Below, piece by piece: positions 19,279 to 30,489 of a DNA stretch of 62,465 nucleotides. The position numbers and the translations under genes are program-made. The stretch covers positions 1-62,465 of the forward strand of contig JBDRLW010000025.1 of assembly GCA_043812655.1 (NCBI GenBank), written 5' to 3'. This stretch comes from a bacterium (GTDB taxonomy: Bacteria; Margulisbacteria; WOR-1; O2-12-FULL-45-9; XYB2-FULL-48-7). The notes beneath the pieces were generated by a model that had not been told where the DNA came from, ran no database searches, and was given only the letters and a program-made list of their open reading frames with translations. Position 1 is the first letter of the stretch. Each line of letters begins with the position of its first letter.

Positions 19279-22200
19279 ATGAGTGGCATTAGTTACATAC
19301 CAGCACTATCATCGATCAACGCCAGCAGCCGAATGGCCGCGCCAGCCAACGACGATCAAACCAGCTCTCCCTCCTCCAAAACCGCTGAAAAATGGATCCC
19401 GACTTTTCTCAACGGTATCTTCCCCGGCCAACCCTTTGACCTGGAGGTCTTGCAAAAAGCTGATGAAGAAGCCGGATTACCATACAATGCAGTAATTATC
19501 TACGTCCAGCTAAGCCGCGGTTATGAGACGCTTAAACTGCTTGAAAAAATGTGCGCGACAGCCCACCAGGCTGGCAAGGCCGTCTTTTTAAAATTTGAGC
19601 CATGGACCGCCAGCGAAGAGGCTATCTACCTTTCCGCCATGGACAGCGATGCGCATGATCTCATGATCTATGCCCTGAATAAAACCCTTAACAAAATCCA
19701 TCAGGATCTACCGGAACTTGTTATGATGGCAACCTTTGCCCACGAAATGGACAGTCCATTTTATCCTTGGTCGTTACAACCATCGCTTTTCTGTAAAGTT
19801 TTTGAACGGATGGTTCGCTTGCTACCCAATTTTTTAACCTGGGTCGCCAATTCCCATGCCGGCTTCCCCCACCTTGATTATTACCAGTGCCTGCCAACCG
19901 AAGCCTATCAAGCCGTAGCGCTTGATTGGTTCGAACGGGATTACACCCCGATCATTACCCAGTCTTTCGACCCACTTGAAGCTTTCCAAGACGATTTCAC
20001 CGCTTTTAATTCTTGCCAAGAATCTTCGTTCACTGCCGGATCATATTGCGCTGGGCTGGCAACAACCGCCACCCAACAAACCAAGCTTTCTCCAGCCGCC
20101 TGCTCCCATCTGGCTTCGATCCCAATGTTCATAGGTGAATATTCGATCCATGCCGATCCCTTAAAATACGAAGAGGCACGGGCCAAGGCGATGGCGCAAG
20201 CCCGCCTGACCTTTACTCCTTGGGGATCAAAAGCTTTCAAGTTGACTGGGGGCTTTTGGTTCTTCCAAAACAAAAATGAAGGGACAGAAAAAAAGATCTG
20301 GGATATTTCCCGCCCAGCCTCACAACAAGCTTTTTCTTACGCCGGCCAAATATTGACACAGCAATTAAGCCAAAGGAACATTGATCCCTTCACTCCTTTT
20401 TATGGTTTTAACAAAAAACGCGTTTCAACTCTTTCCCCCAGAGAGTTTGTTTTTACCGGCGACCTACAATATGTCGTTAAATATAACATCGCGGTCGATG
20501 AAAAGATCTTAACCAACGACCAGGTCTTGCGTGACGACATTATTTACGCTCTCAAAGACCGGCTGGTCGCTACCGGTTTGGTCTACAAGACCATCAGCCA
20601 GGAATGGGAAAACTTGTTCCTAACCGCCAGCAAAACAGAAGTAACCAGTAAATTAAAGGCGCATCTTGGCCTTGATGACACAGCCCTAATCCAACGACTA
20701 ATTGAAGAATTGACGGATTATCTTGAGCTTGAAAAGGATGTCTTTGAATTAAAGCCTGGGCATCTGCAATATTTATTTGGCCTCTCCATTCCCATAGTGG
20801 TCCGCAATGGAACGGTTACGGTTGAGAATTTCCACCAAGAGTCTTTTGCCGTCAAATTAATGTCTTTGGAAAAGATCGCCTTAAAAGACCCTGACTTAGG
20901 CAAACTATCACCGGAATACAAGGAAAAACTCGCCCGCATTCTGGCCTTTGAAGAAAAGGCAAAAGGGAAATACCATTATCTGGATAATTCCAGCACCATG
21001 ATCGTCAAAGGAAAAATAACTGGGGAGGAATTAGCCGAACTCACCGCTATTTTTAATATTGAAGGATCTGGTGACACAGCCAAACTCAGATTATTGAAGA
21101 GCCATGCTGATAATTTTGTCCGCTCGGCTTATTATAACTACCTGGTAAGATTCACCGGCACTGATGCGGAGGCTAAAGCGATAACCGCCGCTAAAATATT
21201 ACGGGCGGCTGTTGAAGACCAAAAGCTAGCTACGGATTTTGGCATCAATGATTACCCAAGATACCGCGATCAATTCTATGACTTTGTTTTCCGGGAACCT
21301 TTTGAGATCAGGCTGCGCCCTAATTCTTTAAAGTGGTGGGACCGGATCATCCTTTCGGAGGACGATATCCAAACGATGATCAATGACATGCCGCCGCACA
21401 TGAAAACGGCTTACGCCCATGCTCCCGACGCTAAAGCCAAATGGAAGTTTTTTACTCAAGAATTGACCGCCAAGTTATACACCTACCAGCTAGGAACGTT
21501 TGCTTCGGAATTTTCTTACCGTCAATTGCAGGAACTGCAAGAAGCCCTGCCGATAAGGACCCGTGATTCCCGGCTGGAACTTTTCCTTGAGCGCGGCAAA
21601 GCCTACTTCCAGATCGGCCGGTTCGCCGAAGCGGAAAAAGAATTCGACGAGATCATCAACAGCTGGGGAACTTTTTCCGCCCAGAAGCCCCAATTCTACT
21701 TTGAAGCGATCTTTAACCGCGTCCTTTGCATGAAGATCCGGTCTTTTATCGAACTGCGGCCCCAATACATTACCGAGGCCATTAAGCTTCTCGATGACAA
21801 AGTCATTAACGATACCAATAATTTTGGTTATATCGCCCGGGCCCAGAGAGAAAAAGCCCTCCTCCATTTTGCCATGCTGCAAACCGAATATTTCGCCGAA
21901 GACCTGCCACTCGTTAATACCGAGCGGGAGAAATTGGTCCGTTCACTCCTTTTCTCTTTAGAAATTCGCTTTGATAAAAACGACAGGTTGGCCTATAAAG
22001 AAGCAGCCTACCCGCAAATCACCTCCCTTTCCAGTACTTTACCTATCCTTTCGCCTTCCTTACTGATTAAAGCCAGTGAACCTTTTAGTGCCGAGCTTTA
22101 CGGCGCCCATGGTTATGAATTCCCTCTTCCCCCGATCTCCGGTGAGTCGCTTGATCTAAGAGGCCTGCCGCCCGGCGGCTATTCTCTGCAAGTCCAGCCG

Positions 22201-23580
22201 CAATCCACCAAACAGATCTACCGCTGGCCATTTATCGTCTCTGCCAGCTCCCAAATTAAAACCGCTAAAATTGAAGGCGAGCCAAAAGCTTTCCTTAATA
22301 TTGATACCGACCGATTCAAGCCGGTCCCGATCCGCGGCCATTGGAATTATAAGACCACCGAGGGGGAGGCCTTTGAAATCGCAAAAGTTTTTTTGCAAAT
22401 GGGTGACCAATTTATTTTCCCGTCTGGTGAAGAGCGGCGGATGTTCGACGATAAGACGCTTTTGCGCATGTATAACCAGGCCATTAATTGGTTTAAGCTA
22501 ATTACTGAAAGCCAATTTTTCAATCAAAGGATCGATTGTAAATGCCACCGGGATAACATTGCCCACACCCATGAACCGGACGAATTTTACCTTTATCAGG
22601 CGCTAGCCCACCGTGGGATCGGCGAAGCTTTGATCGCCAAATACGACGTTGAGCCTAAACCAGAGCACTTAAAACAAGCGATCGAACATCTTAAGGCCGC
22701 AACCGATAAAATGATCAGCTTCAAGACCAAGACCCCGATGGATTTTCACGTTTTTAATTACGAAGAGCGCTGCGCTTACGTCCAATCCTACACTTCTTAC
22801 TCGAGAGGCTTATATCTTTTCTCCCAATTGTCCGACGATCAAACCTTGGCCAATTCCGCTCTCAACCAAGCAGATGAGCAGGTCGACTCCCTGATCTATT
22901 ATTATTTCCAAGACCCGTACTTTATCCCTGACAAAAACATCCTTGTTGACCTTTTTATCACTAAACTGGAGATCTTACAACTGCGATATAGGCGAATAAT
23001 GGAGGGGACAACTGAAACCCAGCCTCATGACCGGAAAACTTTCGACGCCAAAGCGGAGTTTCATTATTATCAAGAAATGGTGGAAAACCTCCTCCATGGT
23101 GAGGGATCGGCTTATGGCCATCTCCAGGAAAGATACGCAAAATTACTCGACCTCGATAAGACCCCCAGGATTTACGATTATCAAAGTCAATCTAGTATCA
23201 TTAAAAATGATATTGTCCAAGTCAAACAATTGGTTGGCCGGTTAGGCGATAAAGGCGGAAGGGAAAGGCCTTGTACGGATCAAGAAATAGCCCAATTATT
23301 GGCTAGATTTGAAAAACTCTCTCAGCGTTCTGAATTGACCAGCGATCTTTACTTGGGCGCAGAGTTCTTTGCCGTCTATGGTGACCTACTGCTAGCGACG
23401 GCAAAAGTCAGGGACGATTATGATAAAGCGATCAAGTCTTACACAAAAGCGATCAAGCTCATTAACAAGATCAAAAGTAAGGCAGCTGCAAACCCGCGGT
23501 TAGTCATCAACACCCAAGCTCTTGACAATCAAATAAGGCTTATCGACCAACAAATAACCAACGCCACCAACCAAAGATAG
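19279..23580 (+). CDS. GH26-family glycoside hydrolase domain fused to a long TPR/helical region (1433 aa)
   Basis: GH26 signatures: LKFEPW, FAHEMDSPFYPW (acid/base Glu), ALDWF, PMFIGEYS (nucleophile Glu) and WFFQNKNE..WD. TPR-like segments ERGKAYFQIGRFAEAEKEF and YGDLLL..DYDKAIKSYTKAIKL. Confidence 0.72.
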   Translation: MSGISYIPALSSINASSRMAAPANDDQTSSPSSKTAEKWIPTFLNGIFPGQPFDLEVLQKADEEAGLPYNAVIIYVQLSRGYETLKLLEKMCATAHQAGKAVFLKFEPWTASEEAIYLSAMDSDAHDLMIYALNKTLNKIHQDLPELVMMATFAHEMDSPFYPWSLQPSLFCKVFERMVRLLPNFLTWVANSHAGFPHLDYYQCLPTEAYQAVALDWFERDYTPIITQSFDPLEAFQDDFTAFNSCQESSFTAGSYCAGLATTATQQTKLSPAACSHLASIPMFIGEYSIHADPLKYEEARAKAMAQARLTFTPWGSKAFKLTGGFWFFQNKNEGTEKKIWDISRPASQQAFSYAGQILTQQLSQRNIDPFTPFYGFNKKRVSTLSPREFVFTGDLQYVVKYNIAVDEKILTNDQVLRDDIIYALKDRLVATGLVYKTISQEWENLFLTASKTEVTSKLKAHLGLDDTALIQRLIEELTDYLELEKDVFELKPGHLQYLFGLSIPIVVRNGTVTVENFHQESFAVKLMSLEKIALKDPDLGKLSPEYKEKLARILAFEEKAKGKYHYLDNSSTMIVKGKITGEELAELTAIFNIEGSGDTAKLRLLKSHADNFVRSAYYNYLVRFTGTDAEAKAITAAKILRAAVEDQKLATDFGINDYPRYRDQFYDFVFREPFEIRLRPNSLKWWDRIILSEDDIQTMINDMPPHMKTAYAHAPDAKAKWKFFTQELTAKLYTYQLGTFASEFSYRQLQELQEALPIRTRDSRLELFLERGKAYFQIGRFAEAEKEFDEIINSWGTFSAQKPQFYFEAIFNRVLCMKIRSFIELRPQYITEAIKLLDDKVINDTNNFGYIARAQREKALLHFAMLQTEYFAEDLPLVNTEREKLVRSLLFSLEIRFDKNDRLAYKEAAYPQITSLSSTLPILSPSLLIKASEPFSAELYGAHGYEFPLPPISGESLDLRGLPPGGYSLQVQPQSTKQIYRWPFIVSASSQIKTAKIEGEPKAFLNIDTDRFKPVPIRGHWNYKTTEGEAFEIAKVFLQMGDQFIFPSGEERRMFDDKTLLRMYNQAINWFKLITESQFFNQRIDCKCHRDNIAHTHEPDEFYLYQALAHRGIGEALIAKYDVEPKPEHLKQAIEHLKAATDKMISFKTKTPMDFHVFNYEERCAYVQSYTSYSRGLYLFSQLSDDQTLANSALNQADEQVDSLIYYYFQDPYFIPDKNILVDLFITKLEILQLRYRRIMEGTTETQPHDRKTFDAKAEFHYYQEMVENLLHGEGSAYGHLQERYAKLLDLDKTPRIYDYQSQSSIIKNDIVQVKQLVGRLGDKGGRERPCTDQEIAQLLARFEKLSQRSELTSDLYLGAEFFAVYGDLLLATAKVRDDYDKAIKSYTKAIKLINKIKSKAAANPRLVINTQALDNQIRLIDQQITNATNQR

Positions 23581-23582
23581 GC

Positions 23583-23610
23583 TGAAATTTTCCCTCTTTT
23601 TAGCCGATAT
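23583..23610 (+). promoter_or_regulatory. Sigma-28-like promoter motif copy 4
   Basis: TGAAAT 23583-23588 and GCCGATAT 23603-23610. Confidence 0.8.
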
Positions 23611-23636
23611 ATATATGAGAAGAGGTATTAATAAAG

Positions 23637-26600
23637 ATGTATATCCCTGCTATCACAAACTTAACGCCGATCGTTCCTGGTCAAAGCGCGACTGCCCCTG
23701 AAGACCGCGCTAGGCTTGAAGCGTCATATAAGGTCGATCTTTTTTCTCTTAGCACCGATCGGGATGTTGTCACAACTCTAAGAACCGGCGCTCCTTATTC
23801 ATTAGAAGAGATCAACGCGAACATTGAAAGGAAAATGCTTTTTGAGGATTCTTTGGTCGGCTGGCTTGATTCACGCATTGATTACTTAATGGAAAACAAA
23901 GACACCAAATCGCTAATTAAACTCGAAAAAGACATCGCCAAGCTATCTGGGCAACTCAGTGAAAATTCGCCACCGACCGATCCTGCCCAATTATTTATCT
24001 ATAAACTAATTAAAAACGAAGCGGCCGGCCGTTTGAGCATCAAGGATATTCTACTCCCCTATTTCCAATCCAGAATTTTTCTTTTCTATGTTATTCTTGG
24101 GACGCAAAACAATGAGGGGCAAAAACTGCACAATACCATTGACTCCCTTAATGCTTCCCTAGAGACAATTAGGGCCAAGTTAACCGGTCGGCAAAGCCAC
24201 CTAACCAACCGACAAATCGAGTTTTTTATTAATTTCCTGCCGGAAATATTACGCAACTTAGCTCTGGCCAATTACTTAAGCGCCAACTACGCCCAAATGC
24301 ATGGCAATTTTACCGCTGTTTCAGAATATTATAAGAAAGCAAAAGATATCCTTACTAGCCTTGACAATCTTTACAAAAGAGACCGGACCCCCTTTAATAA
24401 GAGGCTAGAAAAAGTTTTTGGCTCAAGAAAAAGCGTTAATAACCCCGTCATCACTTATTTGGTTCAAATTACCAGCCGGCAAGGAGCCTTATATATTGAC
24501 CCCTTCCATGGCATTTACATCCCGGTATATGCCAAAGTGCTAAAAGAAAAGATCCACCATTCAGAAGACACTCTAGACAGAGCCTTTTATTCCTGCAACC
24601 TGCCTAATAATATATGTTCACTCTTTACGCGTGAACAACAGATACTAAGCATCCAATCACGGACTCTGCTCAATTTCGAAGCCACCTTAGAAAAAGCGGA
24701 ACAGCAATTCGAGGAAGCTTCAAAACATTTTGATGCGGGAGGCTTAAGGAGTGTCCGCACGATCTCGCAAAATATTCTGCGTAATATCGAAGAAGCCAAG
24801 GAAAACGGTTTAATGGCCGCCACAACCGAACAAAATAACGCTTACCGGCAGGAACTGCAAAAAACCGAACAATCGGCGCGCATCTTGCTGCAAAAAGCGG
24901 AATTAGCCTTGGCCGAAGATGACGAAGCTGATATCGCTAAAGTTAAAAGAGCTTTAAGCTCGTTCACTGAAGTAACAAGAGAACCTGCGGGCTTAAGCGA
25001 GCCAAGTTTTTTGGTTTTTCTCCCCTATGCCAAAGCGGAATTACAATTACTAAAATTTGATCTGCGCTCCAAAGAATTATATTTGGCCTTTGATACCAAG
25101 GCCGCGTCAACGGCCGACCAAGAAAAAGAACTTTTGCAAAATTTCAACAACTTGGTCAAAGAATTGGCTAAATATGTCGCAGACAATCCGGCCGGCAACG
25201 TCCAAGTGGTATTACGCGCCAGGTTAAAACTGGCAAAACTACTGCAAGCCGGGGCAAGCCGTTTTTCTTTAGCTGACATTAAAGCGGCGTATCCGGCGTT
25301 CACCGGCGCGACTGTTTATGAGTTATTCGCTAACCTTTACGAACAGCAGATCAAACCGGCGGAAAATAGTTTGGTCGGCACCCCGCTGATGCGTTTTGAA
25401 TTGCAGGATACGTTGATCGAGAATGCCGCCCTCCGTTATTACCTGGCCGACAGTACCAAAGCGCGCGATGAGCATTTAAATCAATTCCTCAGCTTATTCG
25501 AAAAAAATAATGGTGCCCTTAACGGAAAACTGAGCAAACTTATTACGCCCCGAGGGGAGCTTTGGTTAATTAAAGTTTTGGGCAGCCTTCCATCGCGAGC
25601 GGATGAACCGGCCGTCCTAGCTACCCTCACAAAATTCTTAGGGGTTGACGGCCACACCCTCGCTTCATTAAAACCGGCAGCCAGAGAAAAAGAATTATTT
25701 AACGCGGTCATCACCAAAATGATGGCCTATGCCAGAAAGATCAACGGTTATCTGGAAAATGACCGACTGCTGCCACGCGATCTTATTAAGATCCGAGCAG
25801 ACGTCAAAGTCCAACTGGCTAACCTAAAAACCGCCATTCCTTACAAGGATTTAGGAGAATTTGCCAGCGCCGACAGGGCTTTACTAGAAGCTAACGCCCT
25901 CCTCCAAGAAGTGATCGATCAAGCGCCTAAAGAAAAAGATAAAATCCCAATTTCACTCCTTGGCGAAGCTTATCACGGCTTGGCTAAAAATATTCTAATT
26001 AAGATCGGCAACATGGATGTGACAACCACCGATCGGCAACTAGTGGCTGATCTCCTGGCCGAACTTGCGACAGCGGAAAGACATCTGGATAAAGCTAAAC
26101 CAAATCTTTTTGGTTTAGCTGCCTTCGACCACCAGGCCACGCTGGTTAACATTGATCTAACCTACGCCTATCTTTACAAAGATATCGCCAGCCCAGAATT
26201 TGACGCGCGCGTTAAAGCCGCCTTCCAAATTATGGGCGAACTCTTGAAGCCGCAAGGCCCTGCGCCGTTCACCACTTCAACTTATAATGCCTACAATCTC
26301 TATATTAATCTAGCTAATTTTACCGCCGCGGTCGCTTCTGACACTAAAGCAATTAATCTGATCGAGACACAAGCAGCGTCTAACCTTCCCCAGCTTAAAT
26401 TAAAATTAATCAACGACTCTAGCGTGAAAACAGAACATACCGTGTTAGTTAAAGCGCAAGCCTTCGTTACCGCTACTATGAACAATGACTTAGAAATAGC
26501 TTTGGGCAAAACCAGACAACCTGTTGCCGGCAATTGGCTTAACGGCCGTTCCCGCACCGCCACCCGTTTGTCCCTGCTCTCGCTGCAAGCGCGGCTTATT

Positions 26601-29600
26601 TATTTGGCGGCCGATACAGTCAGTAAACAAGAGTTAAACAAATTAAAACCGCTCCAAACGGAGATCCAAAAGATCGTTGATGAAAATCGCGGCGAAATCT
26701 CGGTCGAAGCCAAGCTCCTCTACCTGCAAAACATCTCAATAATGGCGTCACTTGAAGACAATTTGGCCAAACAGCTTGAAATCATCGGTCGCGATGTTTT
26801 GCCATCACTGCGCGAGCTCCTGACCCGCGACTCGTCCAGCTTTAAGCAATTGAAAGGTCGGGCCCGTTTCGCCGCCCTCAAAACTTTGGCCGACACCATC
26901 AAGACCGTCGGCTCGATCACCCGCGACCTCAATGGCTATGAATGGGTTGACAAAGAAACCAAGGCCGAGCGTTTTAGTTCGGCCGGAGACAAACTGATCA
27001 AAGAAGCCATGGGTATTTACCTAGAAATCAGCCAATCAGCCCGGGTGGAACTGGTCGAAGAAGCGTTGGCGCTCGCGAGCAGCGATATATTCGCCACCTT
27101 CTCCAGCAACCAGATGGATCCAATAAAAGAGCTGGGCTTACCAAGTAAACCAGGAGGGGCGCCGAGAGAAAATTCATTGCAAGCGGCTATCGAAACGATG
27201 GAAACCAGCCTGGATCCCGATAAGAAAAAAGCGGCGGTTAAGCTTTTTGAAAACGTAAGCCATTACGATCTTAAAAAATCGGAAGCGACTTTGCAAAAAG
27301 AAGTCGCTCAAGCGGTTAAAGCCTTAAAGGAAGCTTACAAAGGCCAACTCCACGGCAAGAACCGGGAGATCTACTTTAAACACCTGGCGACGCTTTACAT
27401 GCGGCAGGGTTTCCTCTACCGGCAAATTGAAGGCAAATATTCGGAGCGCGGCCGGCTTAACCTGAACCTGGCGCGCTACCTCTATTATGAAACGCTGAAG
27501 AGCGGCCGGGGCGACCTGGCGGCGGAGAGCTCGCTGAACCTCGTCTTGATCCGCTACGTGGAAGCGGCCGACAAACACCAGCAGCTTTTGACCCCCGAAG
27601 GGGAACTGGTTAATCTCGCTACCATCAGGAACAATGATATCGTTTCGCTCTCCTTGTTTGACGAAATTAAAGTGCTCGAAAATGAGATTGGGCAGGACTT
27701 GACCAAGGAAGCTGAATCTCCTTTCCTCGCTGGACGCTCCAAAACTTTTATCAACTTCTTAAGCGCCCAGAATAAAGGGCGGCTGGGGATGGTTAAACGC
27801 GAAGTGCTGGGTAAGGATGCCGCAGAACCAGAAACGCTAATGAAAGATGCTCGAGCTAAGATCTCAAGCGTTGTAGATTCTGGCATCGAAGAATACATTG
27901 CTGAAATCGGGTTAATGGCCGGACAGCTTGATTTGGTCCAGGCCGACAAAGAAACTGATGAACAGCTGGAAATGTCCAAGATCAAAGGGCTGTTCGGTTT
28001 TATCGAAAATTATACTACCGGTGCCAACCTAGGTTCTCGCGCCCAGATGGAGCTCGACTTGATGGCGATCCAGGCCTATGCCCGCTACGCTTTCATTTAT
28101 CGGACCCTGGAAGAGATCGGTAGCCAGAGCGCGATCAAGCTGCTCCGCGAGGCGATCGCCGAACTTGATAATAAAGGGTCCCTTTCGGCAATAACAAAAC
28201 TTAAAATCGATCAGCTCGCAGACAAGACAAATTCCGAAGAACAAGCCAACACCTATCTGGCCAAAGCGCTCAAGCGTCTCTCCAAACCCCTCAAATCGGG
28301 CCGCAAAGACCTGGTGATCGCCGCCAAATTCTGGCTCGGGCAGATCTCTTACATCATTGCCGAAGACAGAAGCGCCATGCTCAAAATCGGATACAACAAC
28401 TTAAAAACCTCCTGGGACTCGGATGAGATCAGGGGAACACAACTGATCGATATCATCGCTACCTGCGGCAAGATCAAAGGCCAGTTAGCCGGGATCGAAA
28501 ACGATCAATGGTTCCACCCGCTGGGGACAGTCTGGTACAAAGCCAACGAAGCGGAAAATTTCTTTAACGATGCTATCACTCTTATTACCGGCAACGTCAA
28601 AGAAAAAAATGCGCTCCCCAAAGAAGGAGAAAAGATCATTGCCGACATCCAGATCGAAGCGGGGATCCTCGTTTCCTGGACCGAAGGGAAATGGAACTTG
28701 CCCAAGACCATGGAATTGGTCAGCGAAGGGATTGAAAAACTGGCCGTCGGTTCCGTCAATTTCCAAAAAGATAATTATAACCACGGCACTTTTGCCGCTG
28801 AATACGGCAACCTAACACCTAACCTGGCCGAATTTTTTAAACGACAGGGTATCACCAAGCAATCAACCAACGACCCAGAAAAAATCATCGCGCTGTTCAA
28901 TCAACTGATCACCCTGCCGGATCTGGCCAATTTAATCGCCCAAAACAAAGAAATCACCGCAACACCTGTTTCCACCGCTGATGATAAAACCATCATCCGC
29001 AACAAAAAATTGCTGGCCAGCATTTTGCCACTCTCTCTAAAACTTGAGCGTAAGCTGGAAACCCGCTATCAGGTGACGCTCGCCAAAGGTTACTGGGCGC
29101 TGGGTGAAATGTACCGCTACAAAGATTTCGTCGACAAAAATGGCAACACTGCCAACTATTATTACCAAAAGGCATTGAGTCTGGTCAGTGAACCGCTACC
29201 GGGGAAAAAAGACGGGGTCGCGAAACAGACAATGCGGGCCAGGATCTACTCCAGCCTGGGGGCTTTATACGGTGATACCAGTTATGACGGCCACAATGGC
29301 CAGAAATCGGTTGAATATTTTGATCTGGCCAATAAAACTTTGGCCAAGATCAAACATCCTAAAAAATCCGATAATAAATCCGAAGAGTCTAGCCTCTGGA
29401 CATCAGAACACACCCAGATCGATCGCTCCATGTCAGCCAGCAAAAAACAGGCCGGAGTTATGATCAACCCAATTGGGACTGCCGATCATTCGGTTACGGC
29501 CGGCCTCGGTTGGGGTTACAGCACGCTCCATCTCAAAGGCGACGTTCCTCTCCCCGCCTTCGGCATCATGAAAGACGGTTCGGTCCGCCTGACACCCGAA

Positions 29601-30482
29601 GTGACCCACCAGCTCGGCTCCGATTCCAACCTCCTCACTACCGCCCTGTCGGGTGGGGTGCAAAACAACGTCGGAAAAATGCAATTCTTCTTTGGCGGCG
29701 GCTTGTCCGCCAAACAGCGGACCGGCCCATCGTTCCGTCAGGTCATTAACCGCGAACCACCGAATTTAACCATGTTTAAGCCGACGCAACACGCGGCCGA
29801 TCTCAATTTTTACGGCAGCGCGTTTGATTCCGTTTCGCTCTTTGCCAACTGGCGGCTTTTCTCCCAATACCAGGGGACCGGACTTTCCACTTACCTGAAA
29901 GCCGGCATCAAGCCGTTCAACTTTTTAGTCGGGCCAGCCCGCGCCGCTTATATCCCGGTCATCAAGAATACGGAACTCAGCGGCGAAGCCCTGCATTACC
30001 CGATCTTTGTCGTCGATGCCCACGACCCCAACCGTTACCAGCAGCAGTACGCCTCCGTCGCTAACTTGCTCTTCAGCTACAACACCAGGGTGCCCGGAGT
30101 TCTGAACGACCGGCTCGGCTTCCAGTTTGACGGTCGCCTGCCGCTCTGGAGCCAAAAGCGCGGCTACTTCCGCGCCGGCGAGCGCGAATTCCTTTCCGTC
30201 GGCGGAGCGGACGACCTGAAAGTAGCCCTCTCCCTCAACCCAGCCGAGTCCACTTACCGTGATTTCGAGCCAGCCAACCTAGCGCTTAGCTTGCTCAACA
30301 ACTGCAGCGTCCGCGGTTATACTTCAGCCACGATTTTCAACAGCACTTTTATTAACACCTACCAGCCACAACGCCCGCAAGATCTTTTTAAGCCGAGCCA
30401 AATGAGCGTTACCTTAGGCGGCAGCCTCGAATGCCAGGAACCATTCCTGTGGCATCATGTCGCGACTTTTTCCCCGTTCTAA
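23637..30482 (+). CDS. Giant TPR/alpha-solenoid protein with putative C-terminal beta-barrel (2281 aa; BcsC/PgaA-like architecture)
   Basis: About 1900 aa of Leu/Ala-rich helical TPR-like sequence (LGEAYHGLA, YWALGEMY, IYSSLGALY), then about 340 aa of Gly/aromatic alternating strands ending in Phe (VATFSPF). Confidence 0.6.
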   Translation: MYIPAITNLTPIVPGQSATAPEDRARLEASYKVDLFSLSTDRDVVTTLRTGAPYSLEEINANIERKMLFEDSLVGWLDSRIDYLMENKDTKSLIKLEKDIAKLSGQLSENSPPTDPAQLFIYKLIKNEAAGRLSIKDILLPYFQSRIFLFYVILGTQNNEGQKLHNTIDSLNASLETIRAKLTGRQSHLTNRQIEFFINFLPEILRNLALANYLSANYAQMHGNFTAVSEYYKKAKDILTSLDNLYKRDRTPFNKRLEKVFGSRKSVNNPVITYLVQITSRQGALYIDPFHGIYIPVYAKVLKEKIHHSEDTLDRAFYSCNLPNNICSLFTREQQILSIQSRTLLNFEATLEKAEQQFEEASKHFDAGGLRSVRTISQNILRNIEEAKENGLMAATTEQNNAYRQELQKTEQSARILLQKAELALAEDDEADIAKVKRALSSFTEVTREPAGLSEPSFLVFLPYAKAELQLLKFDLRSKELYLAFDTKAASTADQEKELLQNFNNLVKELAKYVADNPAGNVQVVLRARLKLAKLLQAGASRFSLADIKAAYPAFTGATVYELFANLYEQQIKPAENSLVGTPLMRFELQDTLIENAALRYYLADSTKARDEHLNQFLSLFEKNNGALNGKLSKLITPRGELWLIKVLGSLPSRADEPAVLATLTKFLGVDGHTLASLKPAAREKELFNAVITKMMAYARKINGYLENDRLLPRDLIKIRADVKVQLANLKTAIPYKDLGEFASADRALLEANALLQEVIDQAPKEKDKIPISLLGEAYHGLAKNILIKIGNMDVTTTDRQLVADLLAELATAERHLDKAKPNLFGLAAFDHQATLVNIDLTYAYLYKDIASPEFDARVKAAFQIMGELLKPQGPAPFTTSTYNAYNLYINLANFTAAVASDTKAINLIETQAASNLPQLKLKLINDSSVKTEHTVLVKAQAFVTATMNNDLEIALGKTRQPVAGNWLNGRSRTATRLSLLSLQARLIYLAADTVSKQELNKLKPLQTEIQKIVDENRGEISVEAKLLYLQNISIMASLEDNLAKQLEIIGRDVLPSLRELLTRDSSSFKQLKGRARFAALKTLADTIKTVGSITRDLNGYEWVDKETKAERFSSAGDKLIKEAMGIYLEISQSARVELVEEALALASSDIFATFSSNQMDPIKELGLPSKPGGAPRENSLQAAIETMETSLDPDKKKAAVKLFENVSHYDLKKSEATLQKEVAQAVKALKEAYKGQLHGKNREIYFKHLATLYMRQGFLYRQIEGKYSERGRLNLNLARYLYYETLKSGRGDLAAESSLNLVLIRYVEAADKHQQLLTPEGELVNLATIRNNDIVSLSLFDEIKVLENEIGQDLTKEAESPFLAGRSKTFINFLSAQNKGRLGMVKREVLGKDAAEPETLMKDARAKISSVVDSGIEEYIAEIGLMAGQLDLVQADKETDEQLEMSKIKGLFGFIENYTTGANLGSRAQMELDLMAIQAYARYAFIYRTLEEIGSQSAIKLLREAIAELDNKGSLSAITKLKIDQLADKTNSEEQANTYLAKALKRLSKPLKSGRKDLVIAAKFWLGQISYIIAEDRSAMLKIGYNNLKTSWDSDEIRGTQLIDIIATCGKIKGQLAGIENDQWFHPLGTVWYKANEAENFFNDAITLITGNVKEKNALPKEGEKIIADIQIEAGILVSWTEGKWNLPKTMELVSEGIEKLAVGSVNFQKDNYNHGTFAAEYGNLTPNLAEFFKRQGITKQSTNDPEKIIALFNQLITLPDLANLIAQNKEITATPVSTADDKTIIRNKKLLASILPLSLKLERKLETRYQVTLAKGYWALGEMYRYKDFVDKNGNTANYYYQKALSLVSEPLPGKKDGVAKQTMRARIYSSLGALYGDTSYDGHNGQKSVEYFDLANKTLAKIKHPKKSDNKSEESSLWTSEHTQIDRSMSASKKQAGVMINPIGTADHSVTAGLGWGYSTLHLKGDVPLPAFGIMKDGSVRLTPEVTHQLGSDSNLLTTALSGGVQNNVGKMQFFFGGGLSAKQRTGPSFRQVINREPPNLTMFKPTQHAADLNFYGSAFDSVSLFANWRLFSQYQGTGLSTYLKAGIKPFNFLVGPARAAYIPVIKNTELSGEALHYPIFVVDAHDPNRYQQQYASVANLLFSYNTRVPGVLNDRLGFQFDGRLPLWSQKRGYFRAGEREFLSVGGADDLKVALSLNPAESTYRDFEPANLALSLLNNCSVRGYTSATIFNSTFINTYQPQRPQDLFKPSQMSVTLGGSLECQEPFLWHHVATFSPF

Positions 30483-30489
30483 AATTCAC

